NCBI GenBank assembly: GCA_002310415.1
Contig: DBYN01000001.1
Span: 4,332-68,331 of the forward strand
DNA length: 64,000 nt
Direction: 5' to 3'
Origin: Alphaproteobacteria bacterium UBA1185
GTDB taxonomy: Bacteria > Pseudomonadota > Alphaproteobacteria > Rs-D84
Shown here: positions 1-9,321 of the stretch, piece after piece
How the letters are laid out: each line of letters opens with the position of its first letter
How positions within the stretch are numbered: the first letter of the stretch is position 1
Translations under genes and position numbers: made by a program
Notes under the pieces: model-generated
The model's input: only the letters and a program-made list of their open reading frames with translations
Told to the model about the DNA's origin: nothing
The model's database searches: none

Positions 1-209
1 GTACCATCTGGCAACGCAGAATGCTCAACATGTCCACGCGGTACAATGATGTAATCACTAGGACTTTCGCCAGATGCCCATTCAACACTACGCGCAACTA
101 TGTTTGCGCCATCTGCAGACTTTAATGTGATTCCTGTACAGGAATCTGCTTGGTGATGTATTCCAACAATCGCCAGAATCATCAAAAAAGTAAATGTTTT
201 CGTTTTCAT
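1..209 (-). CDS. Choloylglycine hydrolase / linear amide C-N hydrolase (Ntn-hydrolase) family protein, 5' part only (gene continues beyond window start)
   Basis: Hand translation of the minus strand from ATG at 207-209 gives MKTKTFTFLMILAIVGIHHQADSCTGITLKSADGANIVARSVEWASGESPSDYIIVPRGH... A signal peptide is followed by the Cys-Thr-Gly...DG...R..(E/D)W context typical of bile-salt hydrolase / penicillin V acylase N-terminal nucleophile enzymes. The frame is open to the window edge, so it is absent from the ORF track. Confidence 0.55.
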   Translation of the reverse strand, partial: MKTKTFTFLMILAIVGIHHQADSCTGITLKSADGANIVARSVEWASGESPSDYIIVPRGHVEHSALPDG

Positions 210-294
210 ACTTTACATTGTACGCATACGAAAAACAAATTCATCAGGAACGTATTCAAATCAAAAATCGCACAAATCTGCGTTTTTTTTAATA

Positions 295-3200
295 TTATAT
301 ACCCAAACGATGATGTATTTTAAACATTAAAATCGATTCGTTTCCGAATACATCCATATTATTCGGATTTATACGATATATCAAACCAACACCAGCATCT
401 GTAAATTCGCCCAATGCACGTTTATAAGAAGTTGAAAATCTTAACTCACGTTTTTGAACAGACAAATCAATGTATTCAGTATGTGCATTATTAACCGCAA
501 TTTCATACTTCCCACCATTTTCAACAACATCAAAATCTGCATAACCATAACCCAACTTGCCGTCTGTCACAGCCAAAGGCAAAGCAAATGTAAATTCAAA
601 GCCACCAAAATCCATTCCAAATGCAAAAGCATTTGATTTGATATCTGATATTTGCGAAATAAATTCACTTTGATTATCTGCACTGGTTAACGCGAACGTT
701 CCACGCAAAGATAACTTTACGTTATCAAATGGTTTATAAGTTGCCAGCGCATCAACATAGTTCGTTTTTGCATTATTCATCGCCAGCATTCCGTCAGTCA
801 ACATACCCAACACTGTATTATTTTCATACATGACACCGAACGACATATTCAACCCAAATTTATCATTAACATACTTTGCATCAAAAGAACCACCATTTGT
901 CAACCCTAAACGCATTGGTTCAAATTGAGATGACACAGTTGGATCTGTATCCAATAAATTTTCATCAGTCATCGCACCAACAAAACCACGACCACCAAAT
1001 GCAAAATGCCCTATTTTATACATTGTATTTGCAGAAAGCGTATCAGACATCAACCCCAATACAGCATTTGCACGACCATTAAATCTGGATTCCCCATCTG
1101 TCAAATAACGTTGATATTCTGTTGAAAAATCAAAACTGTCATTTGCCCAAGAAATACGCATATTATCCAAACCATTCAAATTATCATTATAAGCACGTGT
1201 TGACATAGCCATATCTATTCTTAAATTGCCAATTTGATTTGAATGTTTATTTGTCGAATCAATATTAAAATCACCCAGCACATCACCCATATACAAACCA
1301 TGTTTATTATCAACAAAACCCAATGTAAAAGTATTTTTCCAAACACGTGGCAAAGACAAAGTTCCATCCATGCTTTCCATAATATCATAGAATGAAATAT
1401 TTACATCACCACGTCCAGCCAATGACAAAGCGCCAGATGAACGATACGATGTCGTTGCAGAACGCCAATACGCCGTTTTACCTGAACTGGAAACAATCGT
1501 ATTTTTATCAGCATTATACACATACACATTTGTTCCAGGTCTTGTTGCACGTTCCAAATTTATCATACCATAGCCAAAAACTTGTTTAAAATTATCCAAA
1601 TAGTTTGCATTTGTTACATCAAATTCCCCCGGCAACGTATACATATTTTTAAGATATGTTATTAATTCATCAGTATCTGTCCAATTGTTACCAGTATCTG
1701 GATTAGTTCCCAAATATGGACCATCAGCAGTCAAAGCCAATAATAAAAATATCTGTTTTGGCGATGCATAACTAAACGCACTTTGAACCAGCGCAACCCC
1801 ACCAGCCATCGCAGCAGTTGCATCTATATTGGTAACCCCCGGTGCTGTAAAACACCACGGATTAACGGCACCGTCATTTCCAGTACCTGTTAATCCACAA
1901 ATGCGAGACCTGTAAGTTACACCATCTTCCACCCAATTTGATAATACTATTTTATTTTTATCGGTTGGCGCATACCCATCAATAGTAATATTATCTGTCC
2001 CTTTGTTTGGAAAAGCGGATACTACCGTTACAAATAAATTTTGTAATTTTGTAAAAATTGCAGGGGCAAAATTTTCAAATGTTGCAACCTGAGCAGCCAC
2101 ACTTGCATCCAAAGCCCCTGCATACTTGGACCATCCCGCAGGATTTATCAACATATATTGCTCATCATCTCGTTGATAATCACTTATATATTCAAAGACA
2201 TATTTTGCATCAGTTGCAGGCGCATTCAAATTATCATTTGTTTGTAAATCATAATATTTGTTTATCAAACTATAATACTGTTGAAGCGCCACAGTTTCAT
2301 TATGAGCATTTAATGCGAGATTATATGAAGCCTTTGCACTGCTTACTGTATCATATTCCAGATTATTTGAACTATCCGGCAAAGACAAATTAGCAATAAT
2401 ATTTGTAACATTTTTATTATCATCACCTTGCAGTTGTAATGCATCACGCATTGCGTAATAATTTCTGTAATCCGACGGAGTTGTTGACAATTCTTTAATC
2501 AAAGTCATCGCATTATCTGTCGTACTAAATTCATATATCTGATTTATATTACCATCCGCCAAAGAATCTATATACAATTTGTTGTTAATGATATAAGCAT
2601 TGTAAATCTTGGAATTATCATTTTGCGCGACCGCCGTTACCAACGATCCATCAACAGAATCTTCTGCTACATCTGTAATCCTTAATACCGTTCCATCCGC
2701 CAAAGTAAGGGTATCATCTTCACTTAACACCATACCAGCAAGAGTATAACTGCCTGTAACCGCAGAACCCTGTTCGGGTTCGACCCAATTACTGCCAGCG
2801 CCAGTTTTGTAAACAGTCAATTGTCCATTAGGAATAAAACCATAATAATCGCCGGATGCACGACCACCGTATTCCCAACCGGCGATTATTTTTGCCGACG
2901 TTGTATCTTGTTTATTTGCCACCCCAAACACTATTCCAGAACCTGATAAATCAAATTTCGTATCATCTTGACCAACAATACTATGGCTTACTTTGTAATC
3001 TTCATTATAATACTTATTTGACGTCTTCGTTGCGGCACTTAAAGCATTATAACAAAGCGCACTATTGTTTCCGTTTGCATTACACACAGATTGCACAGTT
3101 GGGATACTGGCTGCATCAACCCATGTAATTGTACCATTTGCAGAACTATCTGTGTTTTTAACGTTAACCCCACTGCCCGTTATCATGGCAACATTTACAG

Positions 3201-4005
3201 GTTTACCGCCATCCACAGGATTTTTGTTATTAACATTGGCTTCTACATATGGTAATAAACTTAAATTAAAAGGTGTTTTATCGTCCGCTATTCTAACAGT
3301 ACTCATTCCCAAATACCCACGCACAAAAGAATTATACGCATGCGACACCATCAAATAATTAAAACCATTGTCGGACATATAATCGAAATCTTGGTTATTT
3401 TTTTCCCACACCGAAAAATCAGTCGGACATGATGTAGCGCTATCACACGCTGGTCCATAAGGTAAATCCAAGGCAAACAATTTGCTTGCTTCGCCAGAAC
3501 CATTACCACCGCTACCACCACTACCACTGCCATGTGAACCACCAGACGAAGATGCATTATTATTATTCTCTGAATCAAAAGCATCGGTCAACAATGCCAC
3601 CCCACCAATAACCGCGGCCACCCCAACAGCAGACAACGCAACAACATGCGAAGAAGACAATCCACTGAAAAAGTCATATTCTTCACCCTTGGTTGCGACA
3701 TTCGTTTTGCGTTTATATTGCTTAATCTGTTTATCACAATCTGATGCATCTGCGCCATATCGCTGTAAAATCTGAATCGTGCGCTTATCATTATTCATAA
3801 CAGCGGTACAAACCAAAGATAACCCCGTAGAATCAACATAATTAACATCTGCCCCGGCGGTAATCAAAGCCTGAACCGTTTGCATATCACCACGTCGCGC
3901 AGCAGATAACAATTTCGTAGCATTTTGGAAATCAGAACCAGTCGCCCCAAATACATTGCAAGGAACCAACAAGCCCACAAACAGCCAAAACCTGATGTTT
4001 TTCAT
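295..4005 (-). CDS. Large secreted ankyrin-repeat protein with subtilase(S8)-like central region (catalytic residues apparently not conserved) and C-terminal beta-barrel, autotransporter-like
   Basis: 1236-aa ORF with signal peptide MKNIRFWLFVGLLVPCNVFGA. Two ANK repeats are present (LLSAARRGDMQTVQALITAGADVNYVDSTGLSLVCTAVMNNDKRTIQILQRYGAD), followed by an N/G/S-rich linker. GKPVNVAMITGSGVN resembles the S8 Asp-box, and DATAAMAGGVALVQSAFSYASPKQIFLLLALTAD resembles the S8 Ser-box region. The last ~280 aa show alternating G/F/Y/N-rich strands like an outer-membrane barrel. Confidence 0.6.
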   Translation of the reverse strand: MKNIRFWLFVGLLVPCNVFGATGSDFQNATKLLSAARRGDMQTVQALITAGADVNYVDSTGLSLVCTAVMNNDKRTIQILQRYGADASDCDKQIKQYKRKTNVATKGEEYDFFSGLSSSHVVALSAVGVAAVIGGVALLTDAFDSENNNNASSSGGSHGSGSGGSGGNGSGEASKLFALDLPYGPACDSATSCPTDFSVWEKNNQDFDYMSDNGFNYLMVSHAYNSFVRGYLGMSTVRIADDKTPFNLSLLPYVEANVNNKNPVDGGKPVNVAMITGSGVNVKNTDSSANGTITWVDAASIPTVQSVCNANGNNSALCYNALSAATKTSNKYYNEDYKVSHSIVGQDDTKFDLSGSGIVFGVANKQDTTSAKIIAGWEYGGRASGDYYGFIPNGQLTVYKTGAGSNWVEPEQGSAVTGSYTLAGMVLSEDDTLTLADGTVLRITDVAEDSVDGSLVTAVAQNDNSKIYNAYIINNKLYIDSLADGNINQIYEFSTTDNAMTLIKELSTTPSDYRNYYAMRDALQLQGDDNKNVTNIIANLSLPDSSNNLEYDTVSSAKASYNLALNAHNETVALQQYYSLINKYYDLQTNDNLNAPATDAKYVFEYISDYQRDDEQYMLINPAGWSKYAGALDASVAAQVATFENFAPAIFTKLQNLFVTVVSAFPNKGTDNITIDGYAPTDKNKIVLSNWVEDGVTYRSRICGLTGTGNDGAVNPWCFTAPGVTNIDATAAMAGGVALVQSAFSYASPKQIFLLLALTADGPYLGTNPDTGNNWTDTDELITYLKNMYTLPGEFDVTNANYLDNFKQVFGYGMINLERATRPGTNVYVYNADKNTIVSSSGKTAYWRSATTSYRSSGALSLAGRGDVNISFYDIMESMDGTLSLPRVWKNTFTLGFVDNKHGLYMGDVLGDFNIDSTNKHSNQIGNLRIDMAMSTRAYNDNLNGLDNMRISWANDSFDFSTEYQRYLTDGESRFNGRANAVLGLMSDTLSANTMYKIGHFAFGGRGFVGAMTDENLLDTDPTVSSQFEPMRLGLTNGGSFDAKYVNDKFGLNMSFGVMYENNTVLGMLTDGMLAMNNAKTNYVDALATYKPFDNVKLSLRGTFALTSADNQSEFISQISDIKSNAFAFGMDFGGFEFTFALPLAVTDGKLGYGYADFDVVENGGKYEIAVNNAHTEYIDLSVQKRELRFSTSYKRALGEFTDAGVGLIYRINPNNMDVFGNESILMFKIHHRLGI

Positions 4006-4094
4006 GAAACTACTCTCTCTATCAAGTAAACTTTAACATAAATTGACATATTGTGTCCAGCGTTTTTAATTGCACAAATAACATATTTTTTTCG

Positions 4095-4123
4095 TTGCGT
4101 TGATATGCAATTTTTGATATACT
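4095..4123 (+). promoter_or_regulatory. Sigma70-like promoter for the 4141-8748 operon
   Basis: TTGCGT (4095-4100), a 17-nt spacer, then TATACT (4118-4123), about 18 nt upstream of the ATG at 4141. A GAGAG Shine-Dalgarno-like element precedes the ATG. Confidence 0.45.
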
Positions 4124-4140
4124 GAAACGCAAGAGAGAAA

Positions 4141-5115
4141 ATGAAATATCGTAATTTGTTTTTAACAATGGGATTGTTGTTCGTACCGCACGTTGTGTTT
4201 GGTGCGTGTTCTACTGCAAATTTAACACGTTGTTTGGATTCTGTATGTGCAATAAACATTGGTGCAAATCCTGCCGCCCGGTGTCAATATTGTGGATCGG
4301 CTACTTTTGGTGAATCAAAAACCGAAGGTGTGATGAAAAACGTAACTGCGGGCAGTGCTGCTAAATACACGATTTCTGACAAAGAATTGAAAAAGGCCCC
4401 CAAAGACCAGGGTCAACGTTATATATGGGCGACAGAACAATGTTTAAAGAAAGTCAAAGACTGCACCCAAGAAAATGTTGATGAAATTTACGACCCATTG
4501 ATTGAACAATCTTGCAAATCTGCTGGAATTTCTTTTGATGTGAAAAATTTGGCACAAAAGGCAACACAAACAAAAACTAAATCTGCATGCTCAACTGAAA
4601 TAACGGCTTGTGTTATTGCAGAAAATCATTGTATGGCAAATTATGGCAATTGTGAACTGGATGCTGATTTTGATAAACATTTTTCGGAATGTGCCCTTGT
4701 TGCAAGTGGTTGTGATGAATTTTCCAAAGACATACGTTCAACATTGGCATCTGCACGCAATACCGCATTTAAAAACGCAGAAAGTGCACTGGAAGGTATT
4801 GTGTTGGCGCACCAGGAAGCCCGCGAAACAAAATTAAATCAGGTTCAAGCGGCATGCACAGATCAATATGCAAAACAAAAGTGTGTATCAGACGTATGCG
4901 AAAATTATATGCCGAATAAATGCAGCCCGATGACATTGGCTATAAATTTGGGTTCAGAAGACCAAGATAAATATAAAATCGAACGTGCCTTGGCGGAAGA
5001 GTTTTGTTTATATCACGATACAGCATGCAGTCGTTTACCACCAACATTCAAACTAATAAAACCTATACAACTAAATCCGAACATCGATTTAGTAAAACAA
5101 GCAAAACGGAAGTAA
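4141..5115 (+). CDS. Secreted cysteine-rich protein, unknown family (P1 of four-gene operon)
   Basis: Signal peptide MKYRNLFLTMGLLFVPHVVFGA. The Cys module repeats as CSTANLTRCLDSVCAINIGANPAARC, CSTEITACVIAENHCMANYGNC and CTDQYAKQKCVSDVCENYMPNKC. No enzymatic motif recognised. Confidence 0.8.
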   Translation: MKYRNLFLTMGLLFVPHVVFGACSTANLTRCLDSVCAINIGANPAARCQYCGSATFGESKTEGVMKNVTAGSAAKYTISDKELKKAPKDQGQRYIWATEQCLKKVKDCTQENVDEIYDPLIEQSCKSAGISFDVKNLAQKATQTKTKSACSTEITACVIAENHCMANYGNCELDADFDKHFSECALVASGCDEFSKDIRSTLASARNTAFKNAESALEGIVLAHQEARETKLNQVQAACTDQYAKQKCVSDVCENYMPNKCSPMTLAINLGSEDQDKYKIERALAEEFCLYHDTACSRLPPTFKLIKPIQLNPNIDLVKQAKRK

Positions 5116-5118
5116 CAG

Positions 5119-6582
5119 ATGAAATATGTTAACAAAAGATTTTCAATGTCGGCATTACTGATTGCATCCGCAATATGTTCTTTGTTTGTTATTTCTGAAA
5201 ATGTAAGCGCGGCCCCACGCGCTGCAATTCGTGGCAGCGGTGTGGCACGTCAATCGGCGCAAAAGGCCACAACTCAAAATGTTACAGAAGAAACCGATTC
5301 GGAATTGCTTGAACCAGAAGAAGAGATATCAGAAACAGTTGATGTGGAAATTGATACCCCCGAACCCACTGCAAATAAATCAAAAAAATTTGATGCGGTT
5401 GCAACATCTGCATCCACAACATCATCTAAATCTGCGTCTGGCAATAATATGGCGGAAATGATTCGCAAAGAACGCGCCGCACATGCTGCAAAAGATGCAA
5501 TGTATGCCGCAGATGAACAGGCACGAAAGGCATCAAGCGGTTTAAATCAATGCGATCTTGGATTACGCGAATGCATGAAAAAAACATGTGGTGATGGTTT
5601 TATAAAATGTGCATTGGACGGGGATACAGATTTTGGTGCAAAAATAAATAAATGTAAACGCGATTTGCCATGCTCTGGCAAAGAAGTTAATTTGTTTTCC
5701 ACTGAAATCAAGGCTGACCGCGATTTAAATGTCCAAATTGCATCATATAATGCGGTAATTGATTGTGCTAATCTTTACAACAAATGTATAATATCAGAAT
5801 GTGGTACAACATTTGATAAATGTCTGGGCAAAAGTGCCGAAAATGCCGCATTAAATAAATGTAAAGATATTGCAACAAAATGCAAAGAATACGATTCTGG
5901 TTTACCTGCACGTGCCGGCAAAGTTATTGCGGGCTTGCGTCAAAATGCAGAAATAAATATCAAAAAAGACGAACAACGTTTGTATGATTTGCGTGAATTA
6001 ATGCAAAATGCATGCAAAAAATTGGGGGCATCATTTGATGAACGCAGTTTTGATTGTGTATATACTGTGGAATTTTTTGCCGGCGAAGACAACCCAGATA
6101 TCCCAAAGGCATCACGTAAATTATATGCAGGTGATATGTTTACATGTACCCAGGAATATTTTGGAATCGATGTTACAACATATCGTGAAAATGCTTTACG
6201 TGAAACACGTGCACAAAAGGCTGCATCTTCTGCTATGTTGGGTGCTGGGGCTGGTGTGGCGGCTGGCGCAATTGCATCTGGCGCAATAGGTCGTGCAATT
6301 GAAACAGACAAAGCCAAGAAAGAAGTAAACGAAGCCGAAAAAGAAAAATCAAAAGTAGAATGTGAAAATGCCAGTAATTATTGGGTTAATAACAAGGAAT
6401 GTGTAAAAGATGGTGCCGAATGTTCAACTGGTGTGGCGGGCAGTAGTAAAGGCACAGGAACATGGAAAAAAGATGCATCAGGTCCATATTGTCATGTTAC
6501 AGAATGTAACACAAAATTGGGCTGGAAACCCGCCAAAGACGGAAAAAGTTGCGCTTTCTTGAAAAAGAACCAAGCACAATAA
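5119..6582 (+). CDS. Secreted cysteine-rich protein with glycine-zipper hydrophobic segment, unknown family (P2)
   Basis: Starts 3 nt after P1. Signal peptide MKYVNKRFSMSALLIASAICSLFVISENVSA, then an acidic/Ser-rich linker. Cys modules are CDLGLRECMKKTCGDGFIKC and CANLYNKCIISECGTTFDKC. A Gly/Ala-rich segment (AMLGAGAGVAAGAIASGAIG) is followed by a second Cys-rich tail. Confidence 0.8.
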   Translation: MKYVNKRFSMSALLIASAICSLFVISENVSAAPRAAIRGSGVARQSAQKATTQNVTEETDSELLEPEEEISETVDVEIDTPEPTANKSKKFDAVATSASTTSSKSASGNNMAEMIRKERAAHAAKDAMYAADEQARKASSGLNQCDLGLRECMKKTCGDGFIKCALDGDTDFGAKINKCKRDLPCSGKEVNLFSTEIKADRDLNVQIASYNAVIDCANLYNKCIISECGTTFDKCLGKSAENAALNKCKDIATKCKEYDSGLPARAGKVIAGLRQNAEINIKKDEQRLYDLRELMQNACKKLGASFDERSFDCVYTVEFFAGEDNPDIPKASRKLYAGDMFTCTQEYFGIDVTTYRENALRETRAQKAASSAMLGAGAGVAAGAIASGAIGRAIETDKAKKEVNEAEKEKSKVECENASNYWVNNKECVKDGAECSTGVAGSSKGTGTWKKDASGPYCHVTECNTKLGWKPAKDGKSCAFLKKNQAQ

Positions 6583-6607
6583 ACAAAAAATAATAAAATA
6601 AAGAAAA

Positions 6608-7954
6608 ATGAAAATAACAAATAAAATTTTAATCGCCATATTAATGTGTATGCCATTGGTTGCATGGGGTACTGTTACACAAGAAACGTTACAAGCAATT
6701 GAAAACGCAGAGTCTGTGGAGACGGCAAAGCAACGCGCAACCGAAGCACTAACAAAATCAAAGCAACAATATCCAAAAGCCAACAATACAAATATTATAG
6801 ACGAAGCACAAAATACGATAAAATCGGCAAGTGGTGGTAATGGCAACAAAGCTGACTCTGAAAAAAAATCTATTGAACAACCAAAGGAAGAAGATTCCCA
6901 AGAACCCGCACCCCAAAAGGATGACATAGACCAGGCCGCAGAATCTGTCGAAGTAGCACCTGAAGAAAACAACGGCGACAAACCTGAAAAAGACAAAGCC
7001 GCAGAGGATAAAGCTGCAAATCCAGACGCAGAGAAACAAGATAAACTGGATGAAGCCCAATCTAAAATTGATGCCGCCAAAGATAAATTAGCGGCTGCTG
7101 AAGATAACCAAAATTCATGGCAGAATCGTTTGTTAAATGGTTTAACAATAGCTGCAACTGGTATTGGTGGCATGCAATTGGCCCAGGGTATTGCCGAAAA
7201 GTCTGCTGACAGCGCCGCAGACAAAGATATGGAAGCATATATGAAAACTATGTATTGTAAATACGGTGGTATGCATACTGTGCCGTTTGGTATCGACCCT
7301 GTTGAATTGCCCGGTGGAAATGACAGCGAAGTAATGCAATACCGTAATGAATATCTTGCCAAGGCTGCATCTTTGAAGACCCGCAAAGAAGCATTGGGAT
7401 TAAAACCAGGTATTGAATCCGAAGAAATTTTGGACAGGGCAAGTATGGGATTATATGATGATGAAAATCGTGGTGTAACTGGCGGACATTACGCATCACG
7501 TTATCGTGCCGAAACGGGTAGCGAAGATGACAAGAAAGGTTTGGATTCTGCCAAGAAAGAAGCCAAAACACGTATGATTGCCGGTGGTGTTGTAGCGGGT
7601 GTCGGAATCGTTGGTGGTATTGTCGGCAACAGTATTATAAATGGCAGATTGGGCAAATTAATCAAAGAAAAGAATTCTGATTTTGACAAAGATGATAACG
7701 ACAAAGCAATACGCAAAATCAAAGCCGTAATGGAAGATGCAGGTATTAAAGGCACAGATAGATTAAATCTTACCAATTTGGACGTTCGTGATTTGGGCGA
7801 TGAAGCCGATAATCTTAAATTTAAAACATCCGTCAAGGGCAAATATGCAACCAGCCTGTTTAAAACCAGCAGCGCCAGTGCATTTACAGACAGTTTGTAT
7901 GAACACTTGACCTCGGACAGTAAAAAGGAAATAGATGGTGCTGGTGCAAAATAG
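6608..7954 (+). CDS. Secreted acidic/Lys-rich protein with glycine-zipper segments, unknown family (P3)
   Basis: Signal peptide MKITNKILIAILMCMPLVAWG. A long E/K/D/A-rich low-complexity region follows. Hydrophobic Gly-rich segments are LTIAATGIGGMQLAQGIA and MIAGGVVAGVGIVGGIVGNSIING. The 302-aa antisense ORF is judged a shadow. Confidence 0.75.
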   Translation: MKITNKILIAILMCMPLVAWGTVTQETLQAIENAESVETAKQRATEALTKSKQQYPKANNTNIIDEAQNTIKSASGGNGNKADSEKKSIEQPKEEDSQEPAPQKDDIDQAAESVEVAPEENNGDKPEKDKAAEDKAANPDAEKQDKLDEAQSKIDAAKDKLAAAEDNQNSWQNRLLNGLTIAATGIGGMQLAQGIAEKSADSAADKDMEAYMKTMYCKYGGMHTVPFGIDPVELPGGNDSEVMQYRNEYLAKAASLKTRKEALGLKPGIESEEILDRASMGLYDDENRGVTGGHYASRYRAETGSEDDKKGLDSAKKEAKTRMIAGGVVAGVGIVGGIVGNSIINGRLGKLIKEKNSDFDKDDNDKAIRKIKAVMEDAGIKGTDRLNLTNLDVRDLGDEADNLKFKTSVKGKYATSLFKTSSASAFTDSLYEHLTSDSKKEIDGAGAK

Positions 7955-7983
7955 AATAAGATAAACCAACAGGATTTAAAATT

Positions 7984-8748
7984 ATGAAATACAACAAACC
8001 CAGAATTTTTATAGCATTCCTTTGTCTGGCTATATTACCGGTTTCAAATGTTTTTGCTGCATCTTGTTTTGAAATGGTGACGGAAGATGTGAAGGCTATA
8101 TTAGAAGACCGTAATGCTAAACTAAAATATCTGGAACTAGATGACAACGACATAGAAAAAATACAAAAACTATATGACGAAGATAACCAATGTGAACAAG
8201 AACACAATTGTCCCCAGGTAATTGCTGCTGCTTTGGAATCAGATATATGTCCACAAGTGTTAATGGGCATTTGTGGTGAAATTTCGGGTACTATGACACA
8301 AGATAAACAATCTTGTGGTAAACGTGAAACACCTGCAAACAAATCATTATCCGACATAAAACAAGAAATTGAAGAAGCAGAACAACGGATAAAGTCAACT
8401 GATTTCTTTGAATCTTGTGAACAAAGCGCATCATCATCAAAATACTATACATTAATTTGCAGAAATAGCCCATATAAATTAGAAATATTATACGACCTTA
8501 GCAACGCAACTTGTCCAGATGGACAAGAAGTATATAAAGGCGAATGTCGCGAAAAAGAAAAGACCGAACAAAAACCAGATGAACTGGAAGAATCTAAACC
8601 TGCTGAACAGGAACAAGAAAAAACGGATGAAGCAGAACAAAACGACAAAGAACAATCGGCAGAATACGATAATGAAAAACTACAACAAGATGTTGATGCG
8701 ATTATGCGTGCATTCAATAACAATCCACACGTACAAACAAGCAAATAA
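7984..8748 (+). CDS. Secreted Cys-containing protein with acidic C-terminal tail, unknown family (P4)
   Basis: Signal peptide MKYNKPRIFIAFLCLAILPVSNVFA. Cysteines are scattered through the protein (CEQEHNCPQV..ICPQVLMGICGE..). The C-terminus is E/K/Q-rich. It is the last gene of the co-directional cluster. Confidence 0.7.
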   Translation: MKYNKPRIFIAFLCLAILPVSNVFAASCFEMVTEDVKAILEDRNAKLKYLELDDNDIEKIQKLYDEDNQCEQEHNCPQVIAAALESDICPQVLMGICGEISGTMTQDKQSCGKRETPANKSLSDIKQEIEEAEQRIKSTDFFESCEQSASSSKYYTLICRNSPYKLEILYDLSNATCPDGQEVYKGECREKEKTEQKPDELEESKPAEQEQEKTDEAEQNDKEQSAEYDNEKLQQDVDAIMRAFNNNPHVQTSK

Positions 8749-8767
8749 TGCGCCTGAAATAATCAAG

Positions 8768-9304
8768 TTATTTAGATACAACAACCATTGCTGGTCGCAA
8801 GACTGTATCACCAAACATATATCCGGTCTGCATTTCTTCAACAATTGTATTTGTTGCAGTTTCTGGATTTGGTTTATCAATCATTTGAATTGCATTATGA
8901 AACTGTGGATTCAAAATTTCACCAACAGAATCAATTTTCACAATACCAATTTGTGCAAACGCGCTTTCAATTGACTTTTGCAAAGATTTAATTCCTTCGT
9001 CATCTGGATTATGTTTTACCGCCGCAATAACAGCATCCATAACAGGTAAAAATTTTTCTGCAACCCCCATAGCCCTATTCCGCGAAACAGATTCTATATC
9101 CAAACTTGCACGACGACGTGTGTTTTCTAACTCGGCTGCGACCCGCAAATATTTATCATTTGTTTCTGCAATCTTGGCATTTAAATCCTCAATAATCTTT
9201 ACCGTTTTATCTGTTTCAGAAGATTTTGATTCTGTTTTTTTACCGTCAACAGAAACAGATTCAATTTCAACTTCTTTTTTTGTGTTTTCTTGTTTATCTT
9301 CCAT
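8768..9304 (-). CDS. grpE: Nucleotide exchange factor GrpE
   Basis: 178 aa. Acidic N-terminus, then a coiled-coil with LRVAAELENTRRRASLD and FLPVMDAV, then a C-terminal beta domain (IQMIDKPNPE..GYMFGDTVLRPAMVVVSK). These are typical GrpE motifs. Confidence 0.9.
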   Translation of the reverse strand: MEDKQENTKKEVEIESVSVDGKKTESKSSETDKTVKIIEDLNAKIAETNDKYLRVAAELENTRRRASLDIESVSRNRAMGVAEKFLPVMDAVIAAVKHNPDDEGIKSLQKSIESAFAQIGIVKIDSVGEILNPQFHNAIQMIDKPNPETATNTIVEEMQTGYMFGDTVLRPAMVVVSK

Positions 9305-9321
9305 GATTCAATCCTATTTTT

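Noticed and set aside
4002-4259. 85-aa minus-strand ORF spanning the divergent promoter region between the ankyrin protein gene and the secreted-protein operon
   Set aside because: It overlaps the predicted promoter, the Shine-Dalgarno element and the signal-peptide coding region of 4141-5115. No supporting features were seen.
6478-7386. 302-aa ORF on the minus strand, plus several 60-115-aa ORFs antisense to 6608-7954
   Set aside because: It is a Ser/Ala/Phe/Cys-rich shadow of the GA-rich sense strand. The plus-strand gene has a signal peptide and a Shine-Dalgarno element and fits the operon spacing. No start context was seen for the antisense ORF.
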